A DNA stretch of 64,000 nucleotides from Thermoplasmata archaeon (GTDB taxonomy: Archaea > Thermoplasmatota > E2 > DHVEG-1): assembly GCA_020054495.1 (NCBI GenBank), contig JAHWGK010000002.1:16418-80417 (forward strand), in the 5' to 3' direction. The notes under the pieces are model-generated. The model was not told where the DNA came from and did not search any database. It saw nothing but the letters and a program-made list of their open reading frames with translations. Of this stretch, positions 19,564 through 29,017 are shown piece by piece; the first letter of the stretch is position 1; each line of letters starts with the position of its first letter. A program made the position numbers and the translations under genes.

Positions 19564-20295
19564 TTATACCAATTCGGATAAAACTTTTGATGCACTCTCA
19601 TGAATAACTATATCAGCCATATCATCCATTGGAGTTGGATCAATATTTACAATCACCAAAACAGCTTCATTCTTCTTTGCAATTCTTGGCATTGAAGCTG
19701 CAGGATATACTACAAGCGAACTACCTATTACAAAAAACATATCGCAGTTCTTCGCAGCAAGAGCAGCCATATCAAGTGCAACTTGAGGTAAAGGCTCACC
19801 AAAGAGTACAGTACTTGGTTTCAATATAGCCCCACAAGAGCATCTTGGAGGTAACTCTTTTTTTAACCGCCCATAAGCTTCATCCATAGAATAAAATTTA
19901 TCACAGCTCGTACACAAAATTTTTCTAGTATTACCATGAAGTTCAATAACATCTGACTGCCCAGCTACCTGATGTAACCCATCAATGTTTTGAGTGATCA
20001 CACGGTAAAGCTTCCCACGCTTTTCTAGCTCAACCAATGCATAATGACCATCATTAGGCTTAGCTTTCTTAATAACAGGATATCTTTCATCTTTAAAGAA
20101 GTTCCAATAATAGGAGGGCTCCTGAATAAAATAATTTATATCTGCATATATTGATGAATCATACTTTGACCAAAGACTACCAGCACCACGAAAGGTAGAA
20201 ATACCGCTCTCAGCCGAAAAACCTGCTCCTGTAAACGCTACAATTTTATCCGAGGTTGATACAATTTTCTTTAGTTTAGAAATCTTCTCATCCAT
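19564..20295 (-). CDS. cobB: NAD-dependent protein deacylase (sirtuin)
   Basis: TGAGFSAESGISTFRG, TQNIDGLH, ELHG, CxxC...CxC, GSSLVVYPAA. Confidence 0.93.
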   Translation of the reverse strand: MDEKISKLKKIVSTSDKIVAFTGAGFSAESGISTFRGAGSLWSKYDSSIYADINYFIQEPSYYWNFFKDERYPVIKKAKPNDGHYALVELEKRGKLYRVITQNIDGLHQVAGQSDVIELHGNTRKILCTSCDKFYSMDEAYGRLKKELPPRCSCGAILKPSTVLFGEPLPQVALDMAALAAKNCDMFFVIGSSLVVYPAASMPRIAKKNEAVLVIVNIDPTPMDDMADIVIHESASKVLSELV

Positions 20296-20298
20296 GTC

Positions 20299-20937
20299 TC
20301 AAGCCTTAACAAAAGCATTATATCTTTTTTCATCACCAATAGTAGTAACAGGACCATGACCAGTATAAACAATGGTATCATCTGGAAGCGTGTAAAGACG
20401 AGTTCGTATTGATTTTGCTAAATCTTCAAATGAACCTTTTCTAAAATCGGTTCTTCCAATACTACCCTGAAAAAGAGTGTCACCACCAAATAGCATACGA
20501 TCATAAAGAAAGCTTACACCACCCGGTGAATGGCCTGGTGTATGAATAACCTCAAGTTCGAATCTTCCAACTTTTATCTTATCGCCATCTTCAATGAACT
20601 TATCCGGTTTTGGAGGTTGCTCAATATTTATTCCCCATCTGTTTGCAGCATTTAGACCATCTTTAAGGAAAAAGAAATCACCCTCATGAGCAAGAAAATC
20701 AGCTTTAAGCTCTCTTCTAAGAGAGGCTACAGCTCCAACATGGTCAAAATGACCATGAGTAGCAAGAATATAATTTATTTTAATATCAAGTTCGTTAACT
20801 TTTTTCAATATAATATTAGCATCATCACCTGGATCGATAGTAGCGCCTTGTTTTACAGCATCATCCCAAATAATATAACAGTTTGAAAATAATGGACCAA
20901 CAATCAATGGTTCTACTTGAAGTTTAAAAGAGGTCAT
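20299..20937 (-). CDS. MBL-fold metallohydrolase (glyoxalase II-like)
   Basis: THGHFDHVG, HTPGHSPG, GDTLFQGSIGRTD, GHG. Confidence 0.92.
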   Translation of the reverse strand: MTSFKLQVEPLIVGPLFSNCYIIWDDAVKQGATIDPGDDANIILKKVNELDIKINYILATHGHFDHVGAVASLRRELKADFLAHEGDFFFLKDGLNAANRWGINIEQPPKPDKFIEDGDKIKVGRFELEVIHTPGHSPGGVSFLYDRMLFGGDTLFQGSIGRTDFRKGSFEDLAKSIRTRLYTLPDDTIVYTGHGPVTTIGDEKRYNAFVKA

Positions 20938-21240
20938 CTAGTTCATCACCTCTTGCACCAACAGCACATGCCCGAGACTAATCATAGGACCGGGGATATG
21001 GCCAGCACCTATCATACCTGCAAGCCATGGTGTACCATAAAAGGCTGAAATCTGAGGGATACTAATACTAAAAATTAACTCATCAAATTCTTTAGGTGAA
21101 ATTTTATTTTCTTGCAAAAATCTCTGTCCAATTTCTGCAGCAAATTTAATCGAATGAAGGCTTTGGAAACTTCCGTGCCATGCACAAAATGGTGCGCCCC
21201 AATAACCACCATATGGTATATATATATCTCTAAAGACCAT
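20938..21240 (-). pseudogene. Truncated, frameshifted thiolase (N-terminal ~100 codons)
   Basis: IYIPYGGYWGAPFCAWHGSF...FYGTPWLAGMIGAGHIPGPMIS, then the catalytic-Cys motif RACAVGAR in a shifted frame, then immediately the RBS of the next gene. Confidence 0.7.
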
Positions 21241-21376
21241 AACTTCTCCTGGTCCCAATATGAAATTAACCATATAAATTTCTATCTCCTTGTATCTGAA
21301 AATTACAATAAATTTATTATAACGAATTTAACATATCTTAACCCCTCAATATAGTTAAGCAGAGGAGGCAAAATAG

Positions 21377-22582
21377 ATGGATTTTAGTTGGACAGATGAG
21401 CAGGAGATTTGGAGGAAAACAGCTAGAGATTTTGCTCAGAAAAAAATAAAACCAAAAGTAAGAGAGATTGATACTAATAAAAAGATACCAGAAGAAATCA
21501 TCAAAGATATGGGAAAGCTTGGATTGCTTGCACCTACCGCATCAACTGAATATGGTGGAGCCGGAGTCGATTGGACCATGGCAGCAATTGCTGCAGAAGA
21601 ACTTGGGCGAGCAGATATTAGTCTTGCAATTCCTGTTCTTTATCTTGTTGAAGCAGCATGGGGCTTTATCTTTAGTCAATATGGAACTGAAGAAGCAAAA
21701 AAGAAATATTTACCAAAAATTACATCAGGAGATGCCTTTTGCGGCATAGCTGTAACAGAACCTGAGGGAGGGTCTGATATAGTTGGAGCTGCTAAAACAA
21801 AAGCAGAAAAAAAAGGTAAAAACTGGTTACTTAATGGCGAGAAGATATTTATCAGCGGTATAACTGAATCAAGTAAATGGGGTGGTATTCATCTTACGCT
21901 CGCACGCACTAATCCATCTAAGGCCCATAAAGGATTTTCTTTTTTTGCATTACCGTTAAAAGATAACCCTAATGTCAAGACAACATTGTTCGAGGACATG
22001 GGACGAATGGGAATCTCAACAGGTGGTTTTACAATGGAAAATGTTGAGATACCTGAGAATCATCTCATTGGTAAATTTAATCGAGGCTTTTACTATGCTA
22101 TGGAAGGTTTCTCAGCTGCTCGTGTTCTTATTGGAGCAACCTGTGTTGGAGCTTCAGAAGCAGCAATGGAACTTGGTATCGAACATATTAAAACAAGAAA
22201 AGCATTTGGACGACCATTAGGAAGCTTTGAAGGAATCCAATTCCCTCTTGCGGAACATCATTGTAATATCGATGCTGTAAAACTCCAAACCTACCGTGCT
22301 GCTTGGACAATGGATAAGATGTACAAGGAAAATAAGGCTACTCATCATGACGTTGCTATTGCAGCTGCTATAGCAAAGCTTCGTGCACCCATCTATGCAT
22401 TTGGTGTAATGAATGAAGTAGCAGATTGGCTAGGCGCTACGGGCTATACAAAAGAATACCCAATAGAGATGGGTATAAGAGGAGTTAGATCATATTCGAT
22501 TGGAGCAGAAGGGACTATGAATATTATGAAAATTATTATTGGAAGAGAACTTTTAGGAAAAGAGTTTTTACCATACAAGTAA
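21377..22582 (+). CDS. Acyl-CoA dehydrogenase
   Basis: AVTEPEGGSD, LNGEKIFIS, RKAFGRPLGSFEGIQF, SIGAEGT. Confidence 0.92.
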   Translation: MDFSWTDEQEIWRKTARDFAQKKIKPKVREIDTNKKIPEEIIKDMGKLGLLAPTASTEYGGAGVDWTMAAIAAEELGRADISLAIPVLYLVEAAWGFIFSQYGTEEAKKKYLPKITSGDAFCGIAVTEPEGGSDIVGAAKTKAEKKGKNWLLNGEKIFISGITESSKWGGIHLTLARTNPSKAHKGFSFFALPLKDNPNVKTTLFEDMGRMGISTGGFTMENVEIPENHLIGKFNRGFYYAMEGFSAARVLIGATCVGASEAAMELGIEHIKTRKAFGRPLGSFEGIQFPLAEHHCNIDAVKLQTYRAAWTMDKMYKENKATHHDVAIAAAIAKLRAPIYAFGVMNEVADWLGATGYTKEYPIEMGIRGVRSYSIGAEGTMNIMKIIIGRELLGKEFLPYK

Positions 22583-22589
22583 GAATTTT

Positions 22590-23729
22590 TTATAACCCTA
22601 GTCTTTTTGATATAACCATCCTTTGAACCTCTGAAGTTCCCTCACCAATTTCACATAATTTTATATCTCTGAAATATCTTTCAACAGAATATTCACGGGT
22701 ATAGCCATATCCACCAAAAATCTGAATTGCATTTCTTGTCGCTCTCATTGCTATTTCAGCTGCAAATAATTTTGCCATAGATGCTTCTATGCTAAAAGGT
22801 TTACCTTGGTCTTCTAAAAACGCAGCCCGATATACAAGTAAACGAGCAGCATCAACCTCGGTTGCAATATTTGCTATCATCCACTGAATCGCTTGAAATT
22901 TACTAATAGGTCGTCCGAATTGTTGTCTTTGTTTTGCATACTCAACACTATCTTCCAGAGCACCACGTGCAATACCAACTGACATGGCACCAATTGCATT
23001 ACGACCCCTGTCAAGTATGTTCATTGCTCCAATAAATCCTAAATTTTTTTCTCCTAGTAAATTATCCTTAGGAACATGACAATTTTCAAAAATAAGTTCT
23101 GCGGTTCTACTACCTCTAAGACCAAGTTTATTTTCAAGTTGTCCAATTTTAAATCCTTTAGTATCCTTTTCGACAAGAATTGCACTAATTCCTTTTGCCC
23201 CTCTTTCTTTATCTGTTTTAGACATTACTACAACTACATCAGCTATATCCCCAGTAGTAATGAATTGTTTTGTTCCATTTATCACCCATTCGTTACCATT
23301 TAATACAGCTGTTGTTTGAGTAGCTGCTGCATCAGAACCTGCATTTGGTTCTGTTAAAGCCCAGGCAGCAAATCCTTCACCGCTACAGAGTTTTGGTAAA
23401 TATTTCTTTCTTTGTTCTTCGGTTCCATGTTCATAAATATGACCAATACCAAGTGAATTATGTGCTTCAACCGTTAAACCTGTGGAGCCACAAAAACGAG
23501 AAATCTCTTCAAGAGCAATCATATAACTAACTTTATCAATACCCGCTCCACCATACTTTTGTGGAACGGTCATTCCCATTAGACCCATTTGACCCATTTT
23601 TTTATAAAGATCAAATGGGAAATATTCTTCTTGATCAATTTTTGAAGCAATTGGTTTTAACTCTTTTTCACAAAATTCTCTTATAACTTTTTGAAACATT
23701 TGTTGTTCTGAAGTTAGATTGAAATCCAT
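22590..23729 (-). CDS. Acyl-CoA dehydrogenase (butyryl/isovaleryl-CoA type)
   Basis: ALTEPNAGSD, RQQFGRPISKFQAIQ, GGYGY, IGEGTSEVQR. Confidence 0.95.
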   Translation of the reverse strand: MDFNLTSEQQMFQKVIREFCEKELKPIASKIDQEEYFPFDLYKKMGQMGLMGMTVPQKYGGAGIDKVSYMIALEEISRFCGSTGLTVEAHNSLGIGHIYEHGTEEQRKKYLPKLCSGEGFAAWALTEPNAGSDAAATQTTAVLNGNEWVINGTKQFITTGDIADVVVVMSKTDKERGAKGISAILVEKDTKGFKIGQLENKLGLRGSRTAELIFENCHVPKDNLLGEKNLGFIGAMNILDRGRNAIGAMSVGIARGALEDSVEYAKQRQQFGRPISKFQAIQWMIANIATEVDAARLLVYRAAFLEDQGKPFSIEASMAKLFAAEIAMRATRNAIQIFGGYGYTREYSVERYFRDIKLCEIGEGTSEVQRMVISKRLGL

Positions 23730-23804
23730 TCAAATCACCACATCCGTGATATACTAGCCCTCTAAAAATGTTTAGGTAAAAAAACGTTATTAGCCGAAAA
23801 AAGG

Positions 23805-24902
23805 CTAAAGGAAAATGTTGAAAATATAAGATAGGATTAGTACCTGAGGTATTGTAATAATTGGTATCCAAAGAGCTGCTTTTTTACCAATATTTTGCCA
23901 TATTAAACCAATTTCTGTATAATCAGTAACTACACCTGCCATGAGGAATGTGAAACTGTTTCCAAATGCTCCTGTTTCACTAAATATTTCAAAGGCAAGA
24001 GGTGAGCTTCCTTCTGAACATACTTCGATAATTGTTGCAAGAAATAGTGTTACAAATAAACCTAATAAAGTTGGCCCCATATATCTCACGAAGAAATGTG
24101 ATGGTACATATGCATCTGCAAGTGCTGCAATTGTCATACCCATTAGTATCCACCATAGTATCATTTTTGCTAGAGTCCATGACCCCTTAAATGTTCCCTT
24201 AAATGCATTTTTCAAATTTGTCTTTGTTAGTTTGTATTCTCTTATTCTTCTTTTAGCATCTTGAGTTATTGAGAAATCCTCATGAAGTGGTGTATCTTCT
24301 CCCAGACGACATTTATCACATTCTACCCATCCTCTCTTTTCAAGTTGTAAAAATATTACACCTGTTATAAATGCAATAATTAATGCTGATATTACTATTA
24401 ACGCTGCTTTTATTCCAAAGAATCCAAAAAGTAGTACAGTTATTGGGAGATTTGCCCATGGTGATGCCAGAAAAAATGCCACAATTGCTGATGTACTTGC
24501 TCCCTTTTTGTATAGCTCTATTCCAATTGCTAATATGCCATGACAACATGCAGTCATTAAAAAACCAAACATTATCGCGTAAAGTATTGTTCTTTTTCTA
24601 TGACGAGATAGATATTTTTCTATGTACTCTTTTGGTATGAAATAATCTATTATTCCTCCAATAAAAAATCCTACAATTACTGGTAGCCACATTATTAATA
24701 TGTAAACTTTGAATGAATTGTAAAACGGTTTTAGTACGGGTGTAAAATAGCTGATTATTAAAAATATAATTAAAATTATCCCTGCTATAAACAGCCGTTC
24801 TTTGTACCATTTTTTTGGCTCAGGGCAGCAGGATCCACAACTTGGTTCGGGATTTTTAGGTTTTTTATTAAATTTCACTGTATCACTCTGTAACATGGTC
24901 AT
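23805..24902 (-). CDS. DUF318/ArsP-family permease (probable GTG start ~24878)
   Basis: TACCHGILA, FLASPWAN, EVCSEGS repeated half-motifs; follows ArsR. Confidence 0.82.
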   Translation of the reverse strand: MTMLQSDTVKFNKKPKNPEPSCGSCCPEPKKWYKERLFIAGIILIIFLIISYFTPVLKPFYNSFKVYILIMWLPVIVGFFIGGIIDYFIPKEYIEKYLSRHRKRTILYAIMFGFLMTACCHGILAIGIELYKKGASTSAIVAFFLASPWANLPITVLLFGFFGIKAALIVISALIIAFITGVIFLQLEKRGWVECDKCRLGEDTPLHEDFSITQDAKRRIREYKLTKTNLKNAFKGTFKGSWTLAKMILWWILMGMTIAALADAYVPSHFFVRYMGPTLLGLFVTLFLATIIEVCSEGSSPLAFEIFSETGAFGNSFTFLMAGVVTDYTEIGLIWQNIGKKAALWIPIITIPQVLILSYIFNIFL

Positions 24903-25236
24903 ATGCCATTTTTATTAGTTGAACTACGTAATCATCATCAAGTGAGTAGTATACAGATTTGCCTTCTTTTCTGTATTTCACCAATTTTTTGTCTCTAAGT
25001 ATTCTTAATTGATGTGATACTAATGAAATACTCATATCTACAATTGCTGATAAATCACAAACACAAAGTTCTTCTTTTGACAGTGCGTATAATATTTTTA
25101 GTCTTGTTTTATCTGATGTTGCTTTGAAAGTCTCTGCCATTTCTTGATATGTAGTTTCTTTTTTCATTTGCTTTTTTACTTTATCTACTTTTTTTTTGTT
25201 TATTATCTTTATTTGACACACATCTTCTTTGCTCAT
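24883..25236 (-). CDS. ArsR/SmtB-family metalloregulator (CadC-like)
   Basis: DKTRLKIL, ELCVCDL, SHQLRILR, RKEGKSVYYSL; N-terminal Cys. Confidence 0.92.
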   Translation of the reverse strand: MSKEDVCQIKIINKKKVDKVKKQMKKETTYQEMAETFKATSDKTRLKILYALSKEELCVCDLSAIVDMSISLVSHQLRILRDKKLVKYRKEGKSVYYSLDDDYVVQLIKMAYDHVTE

Positions 25237-25254
25237 ATTTAACAACAATATTAT

Positions 25255-25278
25255 TTGAACATTTATTCAAATGTTCAA
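25255..25278. promoter_or_regulatory. ArsR/SmtB operator inverted repeat
   Basis: TTGAACATTT-attc-AAATGTTCAA perfect 10-4-10 repeat just upstream of arsR. Confidence 0.75.
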
Positions 25279-25332
25279 TCAAGTATTAAATTTTTTGGTA
25301 TAATTATTACGTTCTAGCCGCTAAAAATTATT

Positions 25333-25956
25333 TTATTTGAGTATTTTTCCAGTTTCCATATACCATAAATACAAATCAAGTTCAGCTAATGTTAAATCAG
25401 TTTTTTTTGCAAGCGTTCTTAATAAATCTTCGATTTCAAAATATCTCTTTTTCGTAAGAGTTTTTGGTTTTTCTATCAGGCTAAAATCTACGAGGATATC
25501 AACAATATGAAAATCAATTATAGCATAATCGTCAAATCCAATGTTTCTAAGAAAATGACTTGCTTCTTTATAACCAAGACCTTTAACATTGTTTACAATC
25601 CAATCTCTTAAAGCAGTTTTATCATGAAATTGAACAATTTCTTCTAATTTATCTTTACATTCTAAGGATTTTGAAATATAATCTGCTCTAGTATTAGGAA
25701 ATCTATGGCCAAAATTTTTTAGCTTTTTTGAAAGCTCTTCTTCTGAATCTGTTGAAAAACACTCTCCTATTTCATTTTGAATCTTAATGCTTTTTTCAGC
25801 GTTAAAATTTGCTGTCAGTATACAAAAACACATTTCTTTAAAAAGTTCGTCGTTAGATCTTTTATTTATATTTTTAAATTCATTTATTTTTTTATCAATT
25901 GTTTTTTTTACATTGGTTTTTTTAAGTGACTCAACTCTGTAAATTAGTTCTTTCAT
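25333..25956 (-). CDS. ogg: 8-oxoguanine DNA glycosylase/AP lyase (archaeal Ogg)
   Basis: FCILTAN, GHRFPNTRA, VKGLGYKEASHFLRNIG, IIDFH, C-terminal TGKILK. Confidence 0.92.
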   Translation of the reverse strand: MKELIYRVESLKKTNVKKTIDKKINEFKNINKRSNDELFKEMCFCILTANFNAEKSIKIQNEIGECFSTDSEEELSKKLKNFGHRFPNTRADYISKSLECKDKLEEIVQFHDKTALRDWIVNNVKGLGYKEASHFLRNIGFDDYAIIDFHIVDILVDFSLIEKPKTLTKKRYFEIEDLLRTLAKKTDLTLAELDLYLWYMETGKILK

Positions 25957-26011
25957 ATGTGTCAACTATGCTATTATATTCGATTTATGATAATGTAATG
26001 TTTAAGTTATT

Positions 26012-26215
26012 AAAAAAAGATGTGAGGGGTGTCAAAAGTGGAAAGGGATCTAAAAATAAATTTTTGAGGAGAGGAGGAAAGGATGGGATGTTAACAAAGA
26101 CGGGATCTCCTTAGCTTTTGCACCCCTATATTATGTAAGTCTAATTTAGATTGTTTTTTACCACCTCGTTTTTATTATTAAGTAGTTATTTTTACCCCCA
26201 CAACATCTCTAATTA
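26012..26215 (-). ncRNA. Candidate ~200-nt non-coding transcript (or leader/relic of a deleted gene)
   Basis: Minus-strand BRE-TATA (CGCCGAAATATTTAAATA ~26240-26257), no ORF, 13-bp stem 26025-26038/26115-26127 with one bulge, then U7 tract. Confidence 0.4.
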
Positions 26216-26227
26216 ACAATTGTTAAT
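26212..26227. promoter_or_regulatory. Perfect palindrome, candidate operator of the adjacent HTH regulator
   Basis: ATTAACAATTGTTAAT; degenerate copy TAAACAATCGTTAG at 26335-26348. Confidence 0.6.
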
Positions 26228-26378
26228 ATCGTTATTGGTATTTAAATATTTCGGCGATTTTTACGTTTTTGGTGAAAAAAAAATTAAAAAAAATTTAGTT
26301 TATATCACTAAAAAGTTCTTTTACCTAAATATAATAAACAATCGTTAGTTATAAGTACATAAAATAAGATTAGCAACA

Positions 26379-26714
26379 ATGAAACGTACTACTTGCGAGT
26401 ACATGATGTGGAGTGGGTTGCCCGTAATTAGAAAGGGAATTGCAGAGAGTATGATTAATGATTTTGGATTAAGTCAAAAAGAGGCAGCAGAACAGCTAGG
26501 ACTTACACCCGCTGCAGTATGTCTGTACGTATCAAATAAACGTGGAAAGATTGATATTTCAGATGAAACTGTCTTAAATGAAATAAAGATATCTGCAGGA
26601 AATATAATAGAAAATGAAAATAGCTCTATAATTTCAGAAACATGCAGAATTTGTAAACTTCTTAGATCCACCAGTAAATTTTCTTTATATTGTCCATCAT
26701 GTGATGAAAAGTAA
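26379..26714 (+). CDS. Small HTH transcriptional regulator with Cys motifs (COG2522-like), paralog 1
   Basis: LSQKEAAEQLGLTPAAVCLYVSNKRG HTH; TTCE, CRIC, CPSC. Confidence 0.8.
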   Translation: MKRTTCEYMMWSGLPVIRKGIAESMINDFGLSQKEAAEQLGLTPAAVCLYVSNKRGKIDISDETVLNEIKISAGNIIENENSSIISETCRICKLLRSTSKFSLYCPSCDEK

Positions 26715-26731
26715 AAACAAGAAATGTTATA

Positions 26732-27646
26732 CTAAATCGATATGCTTTGTTTGTTTATATGAAAGACTTCTATCATGCGATGAGGCCGGTATGACATTTT
26801 TGCCTTTCTTAAGCCAGGTAGATCCATATCTGATTCTCTATTGATAAACGCAAAATCTTTTTGAAGTATTTTTGCTGTTTCTTGATTTATTGCTTTGTAT
26901 ATGCCATCATAATCTGGTGATCCTTTTTCATAATGTACTACTGCAGTGTCAGGGCTTATCTTCTCATGTACAGCTATTGCCTCAATGTTTCCATTTATAC
27001 GCATAGCAATACCTGACAACTTAAGCTCAAAGAAACGAGACATCGAAAAAAGTATTGCCTTTTTTTCATTTTCCAATAGAGGATCCGATTCACAATCTTT
27101 CCGGAGACACCACCTTTTAAGAAACTCTCTTACCTCAGTCATATTTTCCTTTGTAATTTTTTCAACTGTGTAGCCATAGTTTCTTTTGAATTTGTTAAGG
27201 CGATTACGTATCTTACTGTATCCAGATCCAGACAACTCTGCAAGGTCAGATGCAAGATAAACATAATCAAAATAGTTTCTATCTGGAATAAATTCTAACC
27301 CAGAGTAGTTTTTTGAAAGCCAATCTTTTGTTTGTGTATCTATTAGACCAATTGGAGAATCAGAGCCTTCTTTTTTTGCTAGTTGAAGAACTTGCTTTAC
27401 AATATCCTTGTTATATTTTCCTGAGGGCGGTCTAAATTGAATTTGATTTTTAATTTTACTCATTATTATTAAGTTTTTTTCCAGGAAAGCATAATGGTAA
27501 TTACTGTAATCCATCCAGCTAATTATGGTTGTGAAGACGTTGTCGCTGTGAACAGGCGGGTACTTTGCATGATGTTTGTCAAATAGAGGCTTATCTTCTA
27601 TTTTGATGGGTTTAAAATCATCGATTGAAAGAGAGCGTGAAAGCAA
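26732..27646 (-). CDS. DUF2156/phosphatidylglycerol lysyltransferase-like GNAT-fold protein
   Basis: DYVYLASDLAELSG, VHYEKG, INRESDMDLPGLRKAKMSYRP. Confidence 0.85.
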   Translation of the reverse strand: MLSRSLSIDDFKPIKIEDKPLFDKHHAKYPPVHSDNVFTTIISWMDYSNYHYAFLEKNLIIMSKIKNQIQFRPPSGKYNKDIVKQVLQLAKKEGSDSPIGLIDTQTKDWLSKNYSGLEFIPDRNYFDYVYLASDLAELSGSGYSKIRNRLNKFKRNYGYTVEKITKENMTEVREFLKRWCLRKDCESDPLLENEKKAILFSMSRFFELKLSGIAMRINGNIEAIAVHEKISPDTAVVHYEKGSPDYDGIYKAINQETAKILQKDFAFINRESDMDLPGLRKAKMSYRPHRMIEVFHINKQSISI

Positions 27647-27648
27647 TC

Positions 27649-28074
27649 TTATTCCCCCGTTTGATATTTCATTGGGACATAGTTCGTCATATGTTTAAAA
27701 CCAAGAGATAAGTAAAACTTGTCCTGCTCCGGTTCAGCAATGAGGCCGATCCAATGAAGTTTTTTTGATAAACAGTAGTCTAAAAGAGCGTTAGTTAGCT
27801 TTTTACCAACACCATGGCCACGATGTTCAGGTAAAATAACCAGATCCTGTATGTATGCATCAGACACTCCATCAGATATAACACGACCCATACCAATGGC
27901 TTTACCAGTATCTTTTTTAACTACAACTGCAAAAGCAAAACTTCCCTCCATCAAAGGTTTTATTCCAGATGGATCATAGGAATCTTTCCACCAGCCTCCA
28001 GTTTTGTATAATTCAACTATTTCACCCTCAGGCCAATTATTAACAAATTTGATTTCAATATTTTGTTTTTTCAT
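27649..28074 (-). CDS. GNAT N-acetyltransferase
   Basis: GMGRVISDGVSDAYIQDLVILPEHRGHGVG, FYLSLGF. Confidence 0.9.
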   Translation of the reverse strand: MKKQNIEIKFVNNWPEGEIVELYKTGGWWKDSYDPSGIKPLMEGSFAFAVVVKKDTGKAIGMGRVISDGVSDAYIQDLVILPEHRGHGVGKKLTNALLDYCLSKKLHWIGLIAEPEQDKFYLSLGFKHMTNYVPMKYQTGE

Positions 28075-28213
28075 ATTATACCAATCTTAAAATCAATTTA
28101 TATCACCCCTTATAAAATTGATGCTATAATAGTATTTTCAAAACTTCTATTTTTATAAGGAAGATATAAAAAACAGAAGTATATACAGAAATTACTGGGA
28201 GTTATTATAGAGT

Positions 28214-28660
28214 ATGAGTGAATCTATTAGTATTCTCGGATCAATGATAAAAGATCATTGTAAAATTAAAAAGTTGATCAATGATTTAGAAGAAAAAACA
28301 AAGCAAGATTTTGATTCTATGAGTAAATCATTTAACAAATTTGAATGGGAACTTGAAAAACATGTTTTTGCAGAGGAAAAAGCAATATTTACTTCATATA
28401 ACCCTGAGGATGTTACTGAAGGATATAAAATGTTACCCGAACTTACAAAACAACATAACTTTATTATTAATACACTTAACAACTGGAGAGAAGACGTTCG
28501 TAAAAAAAGAATGATAAGTGAGGTATATAGTTTTAAAGAGTTTATAACTAGACATAAAGATTTTGAAGAAGAAAAAGTTTATCCAAAACTTGATGAAGTG
28601 TTATCTGAAGAAGAAAAAAGACACATTGTTGCAAAAATCAATGAAATTGTACATAAGTAG
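28214..28660 (+). CDS. Hemerythrin/HHE cation-binding domain protein
   Basis: DH...KHVFAEE...QH...HKDFEEEKVYP. Confidence 0.85.
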   Translation: MSESISILGSMIKDHCKIKKLINDLEEKTKQDFDSMSKSFNKFEWELEKHVFAEEKAIFTSYNPEDVTEGYKMLPELTKQHNFIINTLNNWREDVRKKRMISEVYSFKEFITRHKDFEEEKVYPKLDEVLSEEEKRHIVAKINEIVHK

Positions 28661-28669
28661 AGGGAGATA

Positions 28670-28855
28670 ATGGAAGAAATCTATGAATGCAAAAACTGTG
28701 GTAAAACCGTAAAAGTAAAAGATGGAAAAGCTCCAGATTGTTGTGGTAAATCCATGAAAAAGATGTCGCTTGATATTTGCATTCAGCCAGCTCATGCAGA
28801 ACATGCAAGACCTATGGAAGATGAAGACGCATGTGATGATGGTCGTGCAGGATAA
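28670..28855 (+). CDS. Small desulforedoxin-like Cys protein (61 aa)
   Basis: YECKNCG...PDCCGKSM; GGGGAG RBS. Confidence 0.75.
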   Translation: MEEIYECKNCGKTVKVKDGKAPDCCGKSMKKMSLDICIQPAHAEHARPMEDEDACDDGRAG

Positions 28856-28880
28856 AAAATTAAAGGAGGTAAGAAAAGAA

Positions 28881-29012
28881 ATGGAAGAAATTTATATTTG
28901 TTGTGTTTGTGGAGAAGAACACAAAGATGAAAACATACATCATATCGATGTAAAAGGTGAAACTAAGGATATATGTAAAGGATGTGCTACTTCCATAAAA
29001 GGACTTGCATAA
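28881..29012 (+). CDS. 43-aa Cys/His zinc-finger-like microprotein
   Basis: MEEIYICCVCGEEHKDENIHHIDVKGETKDICKGCATSIKGLA*; GGAGGT RBS. Confidence 0.75.
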   Translation: MEEIYICCVCGEEHKDENIHHIDVKGETKDICKGCATSIKGLA

Positions 29013-29017
29013 AAGAA

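Noticed and set aside
23784..25320. Imperfect direct repeats ACGTT(AT/C)TAGCCG flanking the arsR-permease pair as insertion or attC sites
   Set aside because: Too short and imperfect, with no integrase and no full attC structure.
25926..26114. 62-aa plus-strand ORF
   Set aside because: It overlaps the ogg start antisense and is a by-product of the purine-rich strand of the structured element.
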